Positions 25,011 to 37,560 of a stretch of DNA of 64,000 nucleotides are shown piece by piece. The position numbers and the translations under genes are program-made. The notes below the pieces were generated by a model. That model was not told where the DNA came from. It was given only the letters and a program-made list of their open reading frames with translations, and ran no database searches. The stretch spans positions 234,546,001 through 234,610,000 of the forward strand of contig OZ024742.1 in NCBI GenBank assembly GCA_964016885.1, read 5' to 3'. The first letter of the stretch is position 1; the number at the start of each line of letters is the position of its first letter. Origin of the DNA: Eledone cirrhosa (taxonomy: Eukaryota).

Positions 25011-25200
25011 TAATTGTTTCTACTTTTGGCACAAGGCCAGCAATTATCCCAGTGCATTACTGGTACTTTATTTTATCGACCCCGTAAGGATGAAAGGCAA
25101 AGTTAACCTCGGCGGGATTTGATCTCAGACCGCAAAGGGACGTAACTATGCTGGGAATCATGGCATCCGACCCTCTACTGATACTGCCAATCCACCGCCC
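25011..25200 (-). mobile_element. tRNA-derived SINE inserted in the PLE
   Basis: Reverse complement of the 17802 family, flanked by ataaataataataat on both sides (probable TSD). Confidence 0.85.
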
Positions 25201-27426
25201 TTATAAATAATAATAATAATCGTATAAATGTAACCCAGAAATCACACAACACTTCAAATGATTGCAATTGAATAAACCCATCTATATGACCTCTTAGCTG
25301 TAGATTGAAAAACGTGGTTTACCAATGCATGATCTCTACCCAAATTGATAGTAATGTCTACATTGGAGCCACATCTAATACCTTAAGTTCAGATATTATA
25401 TGCACTGCCACTCATTTAAGAAAAAGAAACTCAGCACCTAAACTTCGTTGGCTTGATATGTATGGAAATTGAATGAAAATAAGACCCCTTACTCCATAAA
25501 TTGGAAGATGCTGAAAATTGCCCAATCATACAAGCCAACGAACAAGAGGTGTCACTTGTGCCTTACGGATTGCCTATGTATATTGAAATCAAAGAATGAA
25601 ACCTTAAATAAAATATCTGAGATTCTCTCAACTTGCCTACTCACACTCCTTTTATTATACTTGGTATTGACTGAAAGCAGAACCCACATCTTAGATCCTA
25701 GATAGATTCTATTATAATTGATGACTAAATCCCTGAGATTCCCTATAGCTTATCTCTCCATCTCTACCCTAATATTTACCATACTTATTTAAATTAACTT
25801 AGTAACAGGATTGAACCTTGATTTACCAATCTGTCTTTTCACTTGTATTTTTGATTTTGAATTAGGGAGTAACTTTCTATTGAAAATGTACCTTAATCAT
25901 TATTACTAAGGTAACCTCAGAAGATGTTATAACAGGGTGAGCTATCTTGCACGTCTATCTCGGGACTTTAAGTGTACCTCTTTCTGAAGTCTGTTCTGCC
26001 CAAATTAAGATATCAAATTATACCCCGAGAGTTGTAACAGGTTCTGCACATGATGTATCTCTAGTGATTCCAAACTGATACCACATTAAGCAGAGAAGAT
26101 GGCATCAGACCCTGCCATGACTATGATGGGCCTATTTTGTTGATTCCCCAAAAGGTCCAACTGGTCTGGCAGGTGAGAGGTGGGAGACCAAGCATACTGA
26201 CATTTGGGAGTATAAAATCAGAAAGACTTTTGGGCACAAGGACGTGTTTTGGGCTGTCTATGGGCACTTGTCCTATATTGATCTTTTGGTTATTATATTT
26301 TTTATTGTAGATGTACATTATAATCTCATCTTGGGTTTCTTTAATCTTTAGCATGCTAGAAATTTTTATGAATTTCTTCCCTTGACACTGCATTATGTAT
26401 TAAGGGGAGATTACTCGATTGGCGACTTAATGTGTCCAGAGCCTCCAGAAGGTTAAACCTCATGGAGGCTACATCATGTAGGTAACACGCAGTTGGAGTG
26501 GTATAAAGCTCACCGAGTTAATGTAACAGCAATAATAATGAGGGTTGTCAGATGTGACTTGCACAGCTGGTCTTTGTTGTCTAAAATTGAACCTGCACAC
26601 CATATAACAGGCTGTAATTAAAATGCCACTCACTAGGAATATTATGCAGTAGCTTCAATCTCACATAACACAGCTTAATTTACCGGTCAAATTCAATTTG
26701 TTTTGATGGCTGACACTTGATCGTAAATATGTTTTGTTACTGGATTTTAAAAACATATTAGAGGTAAAATATGATAGTAAATATAAAGCCACTTTACATC
26801 TAGATACAGGGTAAATTTAATTATTTACCTATAATAACTACCTTCAGTTCCGATAGTTTAGATTAATAACAATAATTATAACACTGTAGTCTCATACGTA
26901 TATTTTTATACAGACTTTTGTTGAATATTCTAATATATAAATCTATCTAAGTCACCCAAAAAAGTAATTGTTTAATTATCTATCTTTCTATATTTATTTA
27001 TTGACATCTCAATGTATTCTATTATAATATAAATAAAATTAATACCAGTTTTTTACTGTTAGAGATTTTTTCTTTTGTGACAAATTGAAAATCTTATTAA
27101 GAAGAATTAATTTTAAACTTGAATTCTTACGAAATTATCAATCCTCTTTTCCATTTCTTATCTTTTGTATATTTTTATACACCTATCGCATGACTAAATA
27201 CTGTACTTTACTTGTCAATTTGCAAACTAAAAATCTTTTGTAATTTTAATAATATATTTGCTAAGTACTACATTTTCATATACTGTCTTTAACACCATTT
27301 CTGCTATGCTTTGCTGTTGCTTTTGAATGTACTTGTATTTTGCCTTATATTATTTGATATGAACCTCATCTATGGTAAGAAGTTACTTCTTGTATGTAGT
27401 ACTCTTGAAACTTATAACAATATATA

Positions 27427-27515
27427 AATTCCTGAAGATATGTTGAATGATGGACAGATACTTCATGTATATAATGGTATGACCCGCCATTATACATTGA
27501 AACATATGTAGAATT
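27427..27515 (+). ncRNA. Type I hammerhead motif with palindromic minimal stem III and extended stem II
   Basis: aattc-CTGAAGA-(60 nt incl. hairpin tataatgg/ccattata)-GAAAC-atat-GTA-gaatt. The base of stem II is imperfect. Confidence 0.65.
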
Positions 27516-27645
27516 AAAATTATGTTTTAAGTGTAACTTGGTTAATCTCTCACAATTTAAAAAATTTTGAGCTCTGCAGCCTGTGGCCTAACAAGTAGAA
27601 TCTACAACGGCTGAGAACATCATCAGCCTTTTTGGATTACAACTG

Positions 27646-27693
<48 letters not shown>

Positions 27694-28328
27694 AAGTTAT
27701 CTATGTGTGTTTGAGTGCAAGTGCATAAGACAATCAATTCTGTTGGTTTATATATCTCCCAATACATCCTAAATAATGACACTGGTGCTTCTGGCCATTT
27801 GCTTTATTTATTGCCACCCAGAAGAATGCGTTTACTTGTTTGGTGAGTGAAATATTTAAATTTATATCAGCCTGTCCATATGTGTTTGGTTTACTGTTGT
27901 TTCTCATAATACTTATCATATCTATTTGCATGCCTCCTGTTACATGAAATGACCACATATTCTCATCATCATTACTCAACCTGTGTTCTTAAAAATGCAA
28001 GTTTCATAGATCTAAGAAATCATATTAAATAACATTTTTTTTTTCCTTTTAACCCTTTTAGCTCTATGGATTCTTTTTTTTTATTCGTTCTTTTTAAATT
28101 TTTTTTACTATATAGCGAAAAATGTGATAGCGTAATTGTCAAAAGTCAATAGAAAAACACTATATGTGAAATAACACTGAATAACTAATTATTTCTCAAA
28201 TCTGCTATAAGCTATAGATTTTTGTAAAATTTACAAATGTGGCAACACATTGCAAATAACAGAACCAGTTAGAATTTAACTAATTATGCTAATTTGCTCA
28301 TTTGCATACTAATAAACATTTAGACAAA

Positions 28329-28662
28329 CAGAGGTTCTGAAAGTGGGGGCGCTACTGCTCCAGGGGGGGGGGGGCCTTGAGAAGGTCCAGGGGGCACTGG
28401 GGCCCAAGGGAGCAGTAGAAATGATATAATAGTATATTAAATATCAAATGACACATATTATATATAAATATAGTAAAATAAAAAATGTATATTTATTTAT
28501 ACATAGTATATATTATATAATTTATTATATATAAATTATAGATTATATTTATCATATATTTTTTTTAATGTGCATGTAGGCAAGTCTCTCTGGTAATAGG
28601 GGTGGGCGTGCTGAGGGTATTACGTGGCCATGAGGGGGGGGGGGGGGGGTTGAGAATCTCTC
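28329..28662. mobile_element. Possible hAT-type MITE
   Basis: Imperfect TIRs cagaggttctga / tgagaatctctc with G-rich subterminal tracts. No clear 8-bp TSD. Confidence 0.4.
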
Positions 28663-28913
28663 AAACCATCAAACTAACTAACACAGATCAGGAATATCAT
28701 GATCAACACTACAACTGTTATCATCCATGTCACTTATCTTCTCATTAAAAACACAATAATCACTCATTGTGTGGCTCATCCTCTTATAAAACTCTCATAA
28801 ATCACCCCCCCCCCCCCCCCACACAAAAAAAAAAGCAAAAATCAAGATCCCTTAGATATTGGAAAGCTATCAACCACCTCTACTGATTCTGTTAATATAT
28901 CTATTTTCTACAA

Positions 28914-29004
<91 letters not shown>

Positions 29005-29479
29005 GGAGAGGGAAAATCCCAAATGTGGCACGAGGCGGTATCAGTAAGCCTTTTTAAGGCTTATATATATTTATATAAACAAACACATAATAGCATCTAC
29101 TTGAAGTACTGAATTCAGCAATTCATATGTATTATTTAGGTTTACATAAAAGTGTCATATTCATGCCATCATTTGGAGAAAAAAAAATTACCAGATTGAA
29201 AGTTTGGATTCAACTTCATTGAAGTCTAATTTCTATAACTGGCTATTTCAACATCACCAGGTGGCAAGGTTTATTCCTATTTCTTATACATTATCTATTG
29301 CATGCACTTCCTCTAGACAAAGGTGTGTAAAAAATTAAGTTGAACAGAAATATCTATTCTACTTCTTCTTACCATGTGTCTCTGCCTTGATTTAGTAAAT
29401 TATATTGACACCAGTATTTATTTTTTCAAGCCTGTTACTTATTCCTGACAAGACTGAGAACCTTCTTGATTTCTGAGAA

Positions 29480-30780
29480 ATATTCTCTTATATTTCGACT
29501 GTCGGTGTATTGTTGTATCTCCATTGGTGTTTTTGGATGCTGTGGAGCTTCCTTTGTCAGTGAGCCTTGAGATTGAGGAATTTGGCTTTCAGATGTTGAA
29601 ATGATAGGTGGGATTCATACTCAATTTTGGCTTTCTGTTTTGCTTCAATTAGTTGGGAGATCTCAGGATTATTCTGGTTGAAGCAATCTTGCTGGTGTCT
29701 TTTTGTGTCTCCGATGGTTTCTTTTGCAGCTTTGCACATGGTCTAGTGAAGGGATGTCCACTCTTCTGTGATTTGTTGGGCAGAGGTTGGCATCATAAGA
29801 TGATTCTCAACTGTCACTGCGTATTCCCTAGCCATGTTTAGAATAATCAATTTTTTCATGTCGAAATGCCGTGTCACTAGGTGTTTGATGCATGGGCATC
29901 TACGTATTTGGATGTTGTGTTAGGACATAAGCAACCGATGGTCCATCCAGTAGTCATCGACTCCAGGCAGAGTGTGTGATGAGGACGTCTCTGCAGTCTC
30001 TCCATCAGACGATGGAATAGCCTAGGGCCACAACATCAGTGTTGAAGCATGTGAGCTCCTTGAAAATGAGGGTAATCCTCCATGCAAGTTTTGCACCATC
30101 TTGAAGATTGAGGAGCATTCTTACATTCCATGTGCTAAGAGTCAGGGTGGAGTGGTTGAGATAATTGAAAGATTTTGGTCGACCATAGAAAATGGGCACC
30201 CACTGGGCTTGCTTTTCCAGCCAGGTGAAGGTGATGACATCCAATATTTAGCTCACCTTTTATAGGGCCTTCCCCAATTGGGGTGTGCAGTGGGAATTCC
30301 CAAAATATGCCTGTCTAACCGCAGATGCAGGACCTCATGTCAGAGTCATCATCATTTCTCTGATATGCGGCCATCATACACCTACTGCCTATGTGCAATT
30401 TGGAGACTAAAGGCTTCCAGTTGAGCCACAGCTTGTCTCCGTTATCTCCACCTCATTGCCATAGGATTTGAAGGAAGAGAAGTTTGAAGAAAAGGACTTG
30501 AGAAGAAAAGTCTTTGAGTACCAAAGCCTTCGCTGCAAATTGTTTGAGGTGCTCTGTCTGCTGCAACAAACCTGGGCTTGGCAGGCAGGTTCATGATGAC
30601 TGCTTGCATCAGGCTACCAACGTATGTAGAACGTTGCCTTGACCACCTATCTGTTAGGCATCGGATTATGCTTAGTCTGGTCCCTACCAGGAGAGAGAGT
30701 TCCCAACAGCATCACATTCAGGTTCCTTGAGACATGTAAGCTCCTCCACCATGACATGGTGACAATCCATGGAGGAGATA
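29480..30780 (-). mobile_element. Old RTE-BovB-like LINE 5' region (5' UTR, AP endonuclease start, linker)
   Basis: TLSTWNVRMLL...KELTCFNTDVVAL and AAKETIGDTKRHQQDCFNQNNPEISQLIEAKQKA. Internally deleted. Confidence 0.75.
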
Positions 30781-32060
30781 AGTATATTTGCTGAAATAGT
30801 GGTAATAGATTCACTAAGATGTACAATATTGTACATGTGTAAACATGAATGATTAGTATATTTTACAAAATAAACACTGAAAAAAAACACTGAAAAATAA
30901 ACATGAAAAATAATAGTTACTAGGTTAGTGTTAACATCTTTAACTCTTTTGATACCAAACCACCTTAAACTGTCCTTGGTTCTACACTATAAAACTGTTT
31001 ATTTTAAAACATTTATATTTATCTAAAATCCTACCTTCAAAGTTTTATCTGAGAATCTTTGTTAGGTTATGGTCCAAACACCAGCTTAATAAAGAGAAAG
31101 TTATATTAATAAATATCTCTAAATTCTTGATTATTTTCAAAATTATTTAAAAATCATCAGCAGTATTTTTCATTAGAAATGTGGCAACAAAACAGAGTGT
31201 GAACAAAAAAAAAAAAGAAATTTAATTTGAAATATTTGCATTATGGCTTTTGCTTTGATTACTGGTTTGCCAAAACATAGCTATATCTTTTTATTCCATC
31301 ATATATACTATTGCCTCACTTGAATTATCAAGTTTTCTGCATATGTTTATATATATATATGTATTATTGAGTTTCATGGCATTTAAAATTGTGTGAGTGT
31401 ATGTGTGTGTGTTTGTAGTAAATATCCATAAGTGTGAAAAAGCTCAATCAAGGATGAGAGCTGATATATTATATTATTTATTTATTTTCATACACAGAAC
31501 AAAGGCACTACCTAAGGTGGAGATATGGTCAATATTGGGCCTTGAAACCTTATGTAGTACTTTTGTTCTATTATGAAAAAAAAAAATTAATATGTATATG
31601 TCTATATATATATGTGTATATATATATATTTATATATATATATGAGTGTGTGTGTATATATACACACACATATGTATGTATACATATATGTATAAGTGTG
31701 TGCATGTCTATGTATTTGAATTGGATTTATGTGAGCACATTTTACATTTCAGCCAATAAGACTTTTGCACAGCTTTGAATTTCTAAAAAAAAAAGATATT
31801 CTTCATGGCATATCACTGCCTCTTCCTCCTCCCCTTGGCCATTATGTCTTGTGTTTCTCAGTATATTTGTGTTGAATCAGTTTATAAAGTTATACAATGT
31901 ACCACGCTTATTTGTATTCTAGTAATTGTTATCATCATTATCATTGTTGTCAACATCAGCATCATCACTATGATTATTCTTATATTCTTTTAGTGGTTTC
32001 AGTTGTTAGACTGTGGCCATGATGCATAATCACATTATATATATATACACACACATATAT

Positions 32061-32139
<79 letters not shown>

Positions 32140-32265
32140 TATATATATATATATACACACACACACTCATCACCCTTTATTGATCTTTGACCGAGCATGG
32201 TGAGTACGGCTATGTCCCTAACATGACCAAAACCAAACAGAAAGCGGTGGAGGTCAACCAAGATT

Positions 32266-32311
<46 letters not shown>

Positions 32312-32460
32312 CACACACACACACACATAACCCTCTATTAATTCACTATTCATTGATATATATAAATATATATGTCTATATATATATATATATATATATT
32401 AGAAAGTGAGGTTTTTTTTACAAAATGAAAAATAACCGAGGTGTCCTACATGAGTGGAAG

Positions 32461-32742
32461 TATAAAGAAAAAGGGATGAAATCGAAAATGCAACTGAAGT
32501 CTTATTTTTAAAAAAAATATATATATTTATTTGGTTCCTTTACCGGTTTCGCAGTTCTTCTGCTTTTCAAAAGGTGAGTTGAGATGGAGGGTCTGTGAGA
32601 AAAACCACAGACCCTCCATCTCAACTCACCTTTTGAAAAGCAGAAGAACTGCGAAACCGGTAAAGGAACCAAATAAATATATATATTTAAAAAAAAAATA
32701 AGACTTCAGTTGCATTTTCGATTTCATCCCTTTTTCTTTATA
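32461..32742. repeat. Palindrome with 137-bp arms carrying two opposed U3-A8 hammerheads
   Basis: Arms 32461-32597 and 32606-32742, 8-nt loop. HHR on + at 32629-32666 and on - at 32537-32574. Flanked by (TA)n. Confidence 0.9.
32629..32666 (+). ncRNA. Minimal type I hammerhead, U3-A8 variant
   Basis: cctt-TTGAAAA-gcag(aagaa)ctgc-GAAAC-cg-GTA-aagg. Palindromic stem III ACCGGT. Confidence 0.75.
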
Positions 32743-32942
32743 TATATATATATATAGTTGTTATAGTAAGGTGTATTATTGGTTGTGTCAAACGGTCCAA
32801 TAAACTTTTGTTAGCAATATTAATTCTCCACGCTTTTGTATATCTCCAATTCCATTTATGGGAACAGCTAGATGATGTAAAACGGAGTATTTGTATCAAA
32901 ATTAAGATCCGAAGGCATGGTATAAATTTCCAATCATTTTAA

Positions 32943-33016
32943 TCACGACACATGTTTCAATAAGAGATAGATCGATCGTGTGGCCATGATCGATTATCAC
33001 TGATCTCGTCCGGTGA
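32943..33016 (-). ncRNA. Hammerhead-like motif with a variant core (CGGACGA) and long stem II
   Basis: Minus strand: tcac-CGGACGA-gat...atcgatc...gatcgat...att-GAAAC-atgt-GTC-gtga. Confidence 0.5.
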
Positions 33017-33095
33017 AAATGAATTGTCTTCAAATCCTTGATATGAGGGAGAAAATTTAACAATGTTCACTCACTAGAGTTTTGTCCCCCATTTT

Positions 33096-33128
<33 letters not shown>

Positions 33129-33221
33129 TTAAAACAGAAAACAAAAACAATGAGTGCAGTACAAAGTATTAGTATTAGGTTCATGCTTGAGAGTTGGGGT
33201 AGGATATACATATATATACAC

Positions 33222-33253
<32 letters not shown>

Positions 33254-33443
33254 GTAGATAAATCTACCAAAAGTTTACGGTAGTGTCCAATCCGTATGAA
33301 GAACTCAATGTAATCCGGATATCATGAAAAGAGAAGATGCATTCAAAAACTACTTTCGGTGAAAAATAAACGGAAAACAGAGTCAAGATAAATTAATAAA
33401 ATAATGAATAAACAAAGAAACAGTTCCTTATATTAAAAAAATT

Positions 33444-33583
33444 CATCATTTTACGATCGTTTCTAGGATATATATGTGTTAGAGTTGGTATGCATATTCT
33501 ATAGATCTATGTACAATATTTATACAAACTATCAGAGGGAATATACATACCTACACATATATATGCTGTCTTCAGAAATAATG
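33444..33583 (-). ncRNA. Type I hammerhead with a 105-nt rod-like stem II
   Basis: Minus strand: cattattt-CTGAAGA-cagcatatatatgtgt...acacatatatatccta-GAAAC-gatc-GTA-aaatgatg. 8-bp stem I, palindromic ACGATCGT stem III. Confidence 0.75.
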
Positions 33584-34347
33584 ATATTTGTTTATTGAAA
33601 AAAACAAAGATTCAATACAATAGGTCTGTTTGGGAACAGGTTTTGAATTGACCAATAGAGAGATAGTGAGGGTCAGGATAGTAATATAGTAGTAGAAGAA
33701 CCTTAAATTATGGGTAGAGGAAGGTAGATTTCAGTTTTGGATGGAAAAGAATATTATGAATGAAGGATTATTTTAGGGAAGAAATAGGTCTTATGCTGAC
33801 CTCAGAAATAATTTTATTTGTTCATTGAATAAAACCAACAAAGATCTAATATATTCTGTCTGTTTGGTAAGAGGTTTAGAATTAACCAATAGAAAGTTAA
33901 TAATTGGCCAAATGGTAAAATAGTAGTAATTGAAGCTTATTTTAGGGGTGAAAATAGGTCAGGTGGTCAATAAAAGGCATACAAGCAGTTGCTGTTATAA
34001 AATAGTAATGCCAGTACAAATATCTAAGGTGACTAAAGTTTTAAGATAAGAATGTTAGTGAAAAAAATACATCTATGAAAAGAACCATAAGAAGTAAGAA
34101 ATCATCCTTAGAAGGTAATGGTATATTCTTTAAAGAAGTTCCCAAGTATTGTTTTTCCATTGTGATATGGATAATGGACAAGAAAAAGAGCTCAACTATT
34201 TGTATATGGAGTTATAAAGTTATACACATATATGTATATATATATAAATATATATACACATACAATATAAAAATAAGAATATCCCCATGAAAATAGAGTT
34301 GAGATGGAGGGTCTGTGGTAAAACCACAGACCCTCCATCTCAACTCA

Positions 34348-34385
34348 CCTTTTGAAAAGCAGAAGAACTGCGAAACCGGTAAAGG
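34348..34385 (+). ncRNA. U3-A8 hammerhead, further copy
   Basis: Identical to 32629-32666. Preceded by a perfect 24-bp hairpin at 34296-34346. Confidence 0.75.
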
Positions 34386-34519
34386 AACCAAATAAATATA
34401 TATATTTAAAAAAAAAATAAGACTCCAGTTGCATTTTCGATTTCATCTCTTTTTCTTTATATATATATATATATACAATGATATTAAATAAATGGAAAAT
34501 ATATTTATAAAACCATATT

Positions 34520-34580
34520 TATTCTATTATATATGTTTCAAGGGTACCAAAACTTTGGTACGCCCTCATCAGATAAAATA
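34520..34580 (-). ncRNA. Slightly degenerate type I hammerhead
   Basis: Minus strand: tattttat-CTGATGA-gggcgtacca(aagttt)tggtaccctt-GAAAC-atat-ATA-atagaata. G16.2 is replaced by A. Confidence 0.6.
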
Positions 34581-34728
34581 CAAAGTTTGTTTTATAAATT
34601 TTGACATAACCAAGAAAAGATACCTTAACGGTTCAAGTTTTTCTTGGATATATATATATACTCTGCCGTCGGGGTCATACTTTTTCCTATATATATATAT
34701 ATATATATATATACATTATAAGGAAAAA

Positions 34729-34885
34729 AATCGAAAATGCAACTGGAGTCTTTTTAAGAATATTTATTTATTTCCTTTACTGGTTTCACAGTTCTTATAC
34801 TTTTGAAAAGCATAAGAACTGTGAAACCGGTAAAGGAAATAAATAAATAAATCTTCTGAAAAAGACTCCAGTTGCTTTTTCGATT
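34729..34885. repeat. Older fold-back of the U3-A8 hammerhead family
   Basis: Imperfect palindrome centred on ctttt-g-aaaag (34805). The + strand keeps TTGAAAA-gcat(aagaa)ctgt-GAAAC-cg-GTA-aagg. Confidence 0.75.
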
Positions 34886-34945
34886 TCATCTCCTTATACT
34901 TTCACCTATGACATCTCGTTTGTTTATTTAAAAAAAATTAATTTT

Positions 34946-34994
<49 letters not shown>

Positions 34995-35755
34995 TCACAC
35001 ACACATACACATATCACCCTCTATTGCTATATATATATATATATATATTGATATATATATATATATATATATTGCTATATATATATATATATATATATTG
35101 ATATATATATATATGTATGTATATATGTATGTATGTATATAATCATATTTGTGTATCTATTTATCTCTCTCTCTATCTATCTATATACATAATATATATA
35201 TATATATATGCGTGTGGTTGAACATCATTTCTAAATTTGCTTCTTCAGTCTTTGAAGAATAGTTGTGTTGCCTAATTGCCATTGTCTGCTTGTGTTTTCT
35301 GCTTTTATTTTGTTTTGTTTTGTTTATTGTTGCCAGCTACTTCTAACTAACCAATTCTCCAGTCAGGAGATGGAAACTCCTTGTAAACCTTTTAGTTTTC
35401 TCATACTGTATTTCTCTCACTATCTCTCTTTCCCTCATACACATACACACATGCTTTTTCTCTCATTATTTCTCTCTCCCTCATACACACTCACACACAT
35501 GCTGTTTCTCATACATTCTCTCTCCCTCATACACACACACACACAGACACACAGACGGGCTGTTTTTCACACATCCTCTCTTTCTGTTTCTCTCACACAG
35601 ATGCTCCCTCTTTGCCTCACATATTCTTTCTCTCTCTCTCTCTCTCTCTCCCTCTCTCTCACACATACATGCTCTTTCTCTCTCTCTGTTTCTCACACAT
35701 GCTCTGTCTCTCTCTTTCGCTTTCACACAGATACAATCTCTCTTCTTATCTTACA

Positions 35756-36322
35756 CTAGCTTTGCCTGGGTAAACAGATGATAAGAGAAGTCAGGTAGAA
35801 GAGAAAACGACTGTATTGGATGTGTTGTTTGGTTTACAGTATGAGGTGAGAATTTGAATGGCAGCTTGGTAAAGAAAGGGATGAGAGGAATCTTGGGAAT
35901 AAATGCACTTTCTCCTTGATGATTGCCTCCAAAAATAGTGCCCTGTAGGAGATGGTTCATCTTCTGCCTGACTGTAAAGCGTGGCATTACATAGACGTGC
36001 CTGGTCCAGGTTTCTCAAAAAAAAATGATGGGAGATCCAATTTTTTATATTATATACCAATATAGATAAATAATATTATGTCCAAGTATCAGCTGTTCTC
36101 AGATAGGTTTGTGGTAGAGTCTGTAACAGTGAAGATTTCCGGTGTTCTTGGCCCCCAGACAACATCCCTACGGAGTGGAATTGGTTGCCCACATATGCAA
36201 ATCCCAATAGGTGGAGAGGCTGTTGTAACGCGTCTCCCTCGCCATTGTCAGTTTTTGTTATTGTGTGATATGCAAAGGAACTGACCAATCAATCAATATC
36301 TCTCCTTTATATTATGTATAGA
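35756..36322 (-). mobile_element. Non-autonomous Helitron (567 bp) with PIF1 helicase remnants
   Basis: Minus strand A|TCtatacataatataaagg ... caaagCTAG|T. Internal pieces LRNLDQARLCNAT and GESAFIPKIPLIP...LPFKF. Confidence 0.8.
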
Positions 36323-37237
36323 TTAGCATGTATTATCAAAAACGTCCATGTGGAGAAGGACAATCACTAGAATTGGTAAGTTCCAAAATAAGATATCAAG
36401 TCAAAATCTCGCACAACATTGACACTTTATTAGGATAGGCACTAACAGGAACCCTTTTCTTTCCATATTTCCAATGAAATACAAAGCCTATGTGTTTCAA
36501 TTTATATTGAAAATATTGAAGAATTTGGAGGAATTTAGTAGTAAGCCTGAAGCTGATATTTGGAACATAATTTAACACCAAATTGTAATGGAAATGTTTA
36601 ACTTAAATATAAGCACTTTAAAATGAGCAGTTGTATTTCATAAAACCAGAGGCAGTTTCGGGAGTTTTATTCAAAAGGGATAATATAACTATGTTAATAT
36701 CAGTTGGATTAGAACTAAAATTAAGGCATATATGTTTTTTTGCCCATCATTTTTAGTTGGAATAGTCTCTTCTTATGGCACACCAATGTACAAATTCTAA
36801 TCATTTCTATTTTTGTGGTTGTTTATACTTTCATGGACTTGTTTTTCCAGTCATTTTCAGCCATGGTCATGTGTTGGGGGAGGATGTAAGTGAATGGTGA
36901 AACAAGTGATGTAAATGAGCATGGAAAAAGATAGAGAAAGGGGGAGACCAAGAAAGACATGGCTAAATATGAAGGAGGGTGTAATGAAAGCCGGGTGTTT
37001 AGTGAAGGTGTTTTCAGAGGATAGGGAAAAATGGAAAAGCATGTTATTGGTCCTGCTAGGCTAACTCCTGTTTTAGCAATGAAGATGGCCTTAAAATATG
37101 TTATTGTTGTTGTTGGTCTTGTCTTATTTCTGTAAAGTAACCCATACTGCAAACATTGCATTTTTTTATTTGTTTTTTGCCTCATTGTATCAAGCAAAGA
37201 AATAAGTGTCAATTCTATTTAAATATGATCTGACTAT

Positions 37238-37560
37238 CATCATCATCATCATCATCATCATTATCATTTAACGTCCATCTTCCACGCTAGCATGGGTTAG
37301 ACGGGAGTTGTCCCAACTTGAGGCAAGGTTGGTCGGGTGACCGTTTCTCGCTCATATAGGACTATCTGGCAGGTTTTTAATACGGCTGGATGCCCTTCCT
37401 AACACCAACCACATTTACAGTGCGGAACTGGGAACTTTTTACCGTGTTACGTACACGGACACATTACAGTGTGGACTGTGTGTTTTTTTGTCAGGACACC
37501 TACACGATCTCGATCTCATTATCTCATTTATTTGGACTGGATGTTGTGGTACCGACTTTA
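37238..37560 (-). mobile_element. RTE 3' UTR and tail fragment
   Basis: Reverse complement of 7660-7945, starting with (CAT)n. Confidence 0.85.

Larger units (their letters stand above)
24430..25705 (+). mobile_element. Degenerate Penelope-like element (Naiad-like): RT thumb, linker and GIY-YIG endonuclease
   Basis: RNRRKSTT*FNPPFS (24556-24576), NFPPH, LNKNTIK. Linker C-N-TGA-INPSI-TGA-PLSC, then VVYQC...YIGATSNT, R..MH.HSF, YVWKL, INWKML, RCHLCL, LNKISE..STC. Interrupted by two SINEs, a frameshift and stops. Confidence 0.85.

Noticed and set aside
25706-25915. SECIS element downstream of the PLE endonuclease
   Set aside because: The ATGA near 25731 lacks a pairable helix II, apical AA and opposing GA by eye. 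Not supported without a covariance-model search.
25920-26600. Unclassified segment partly repeated at ~41010-41060
   Set aside because: Clearly repeat-derived, but I could not support a coding motif or ribozyme fold.
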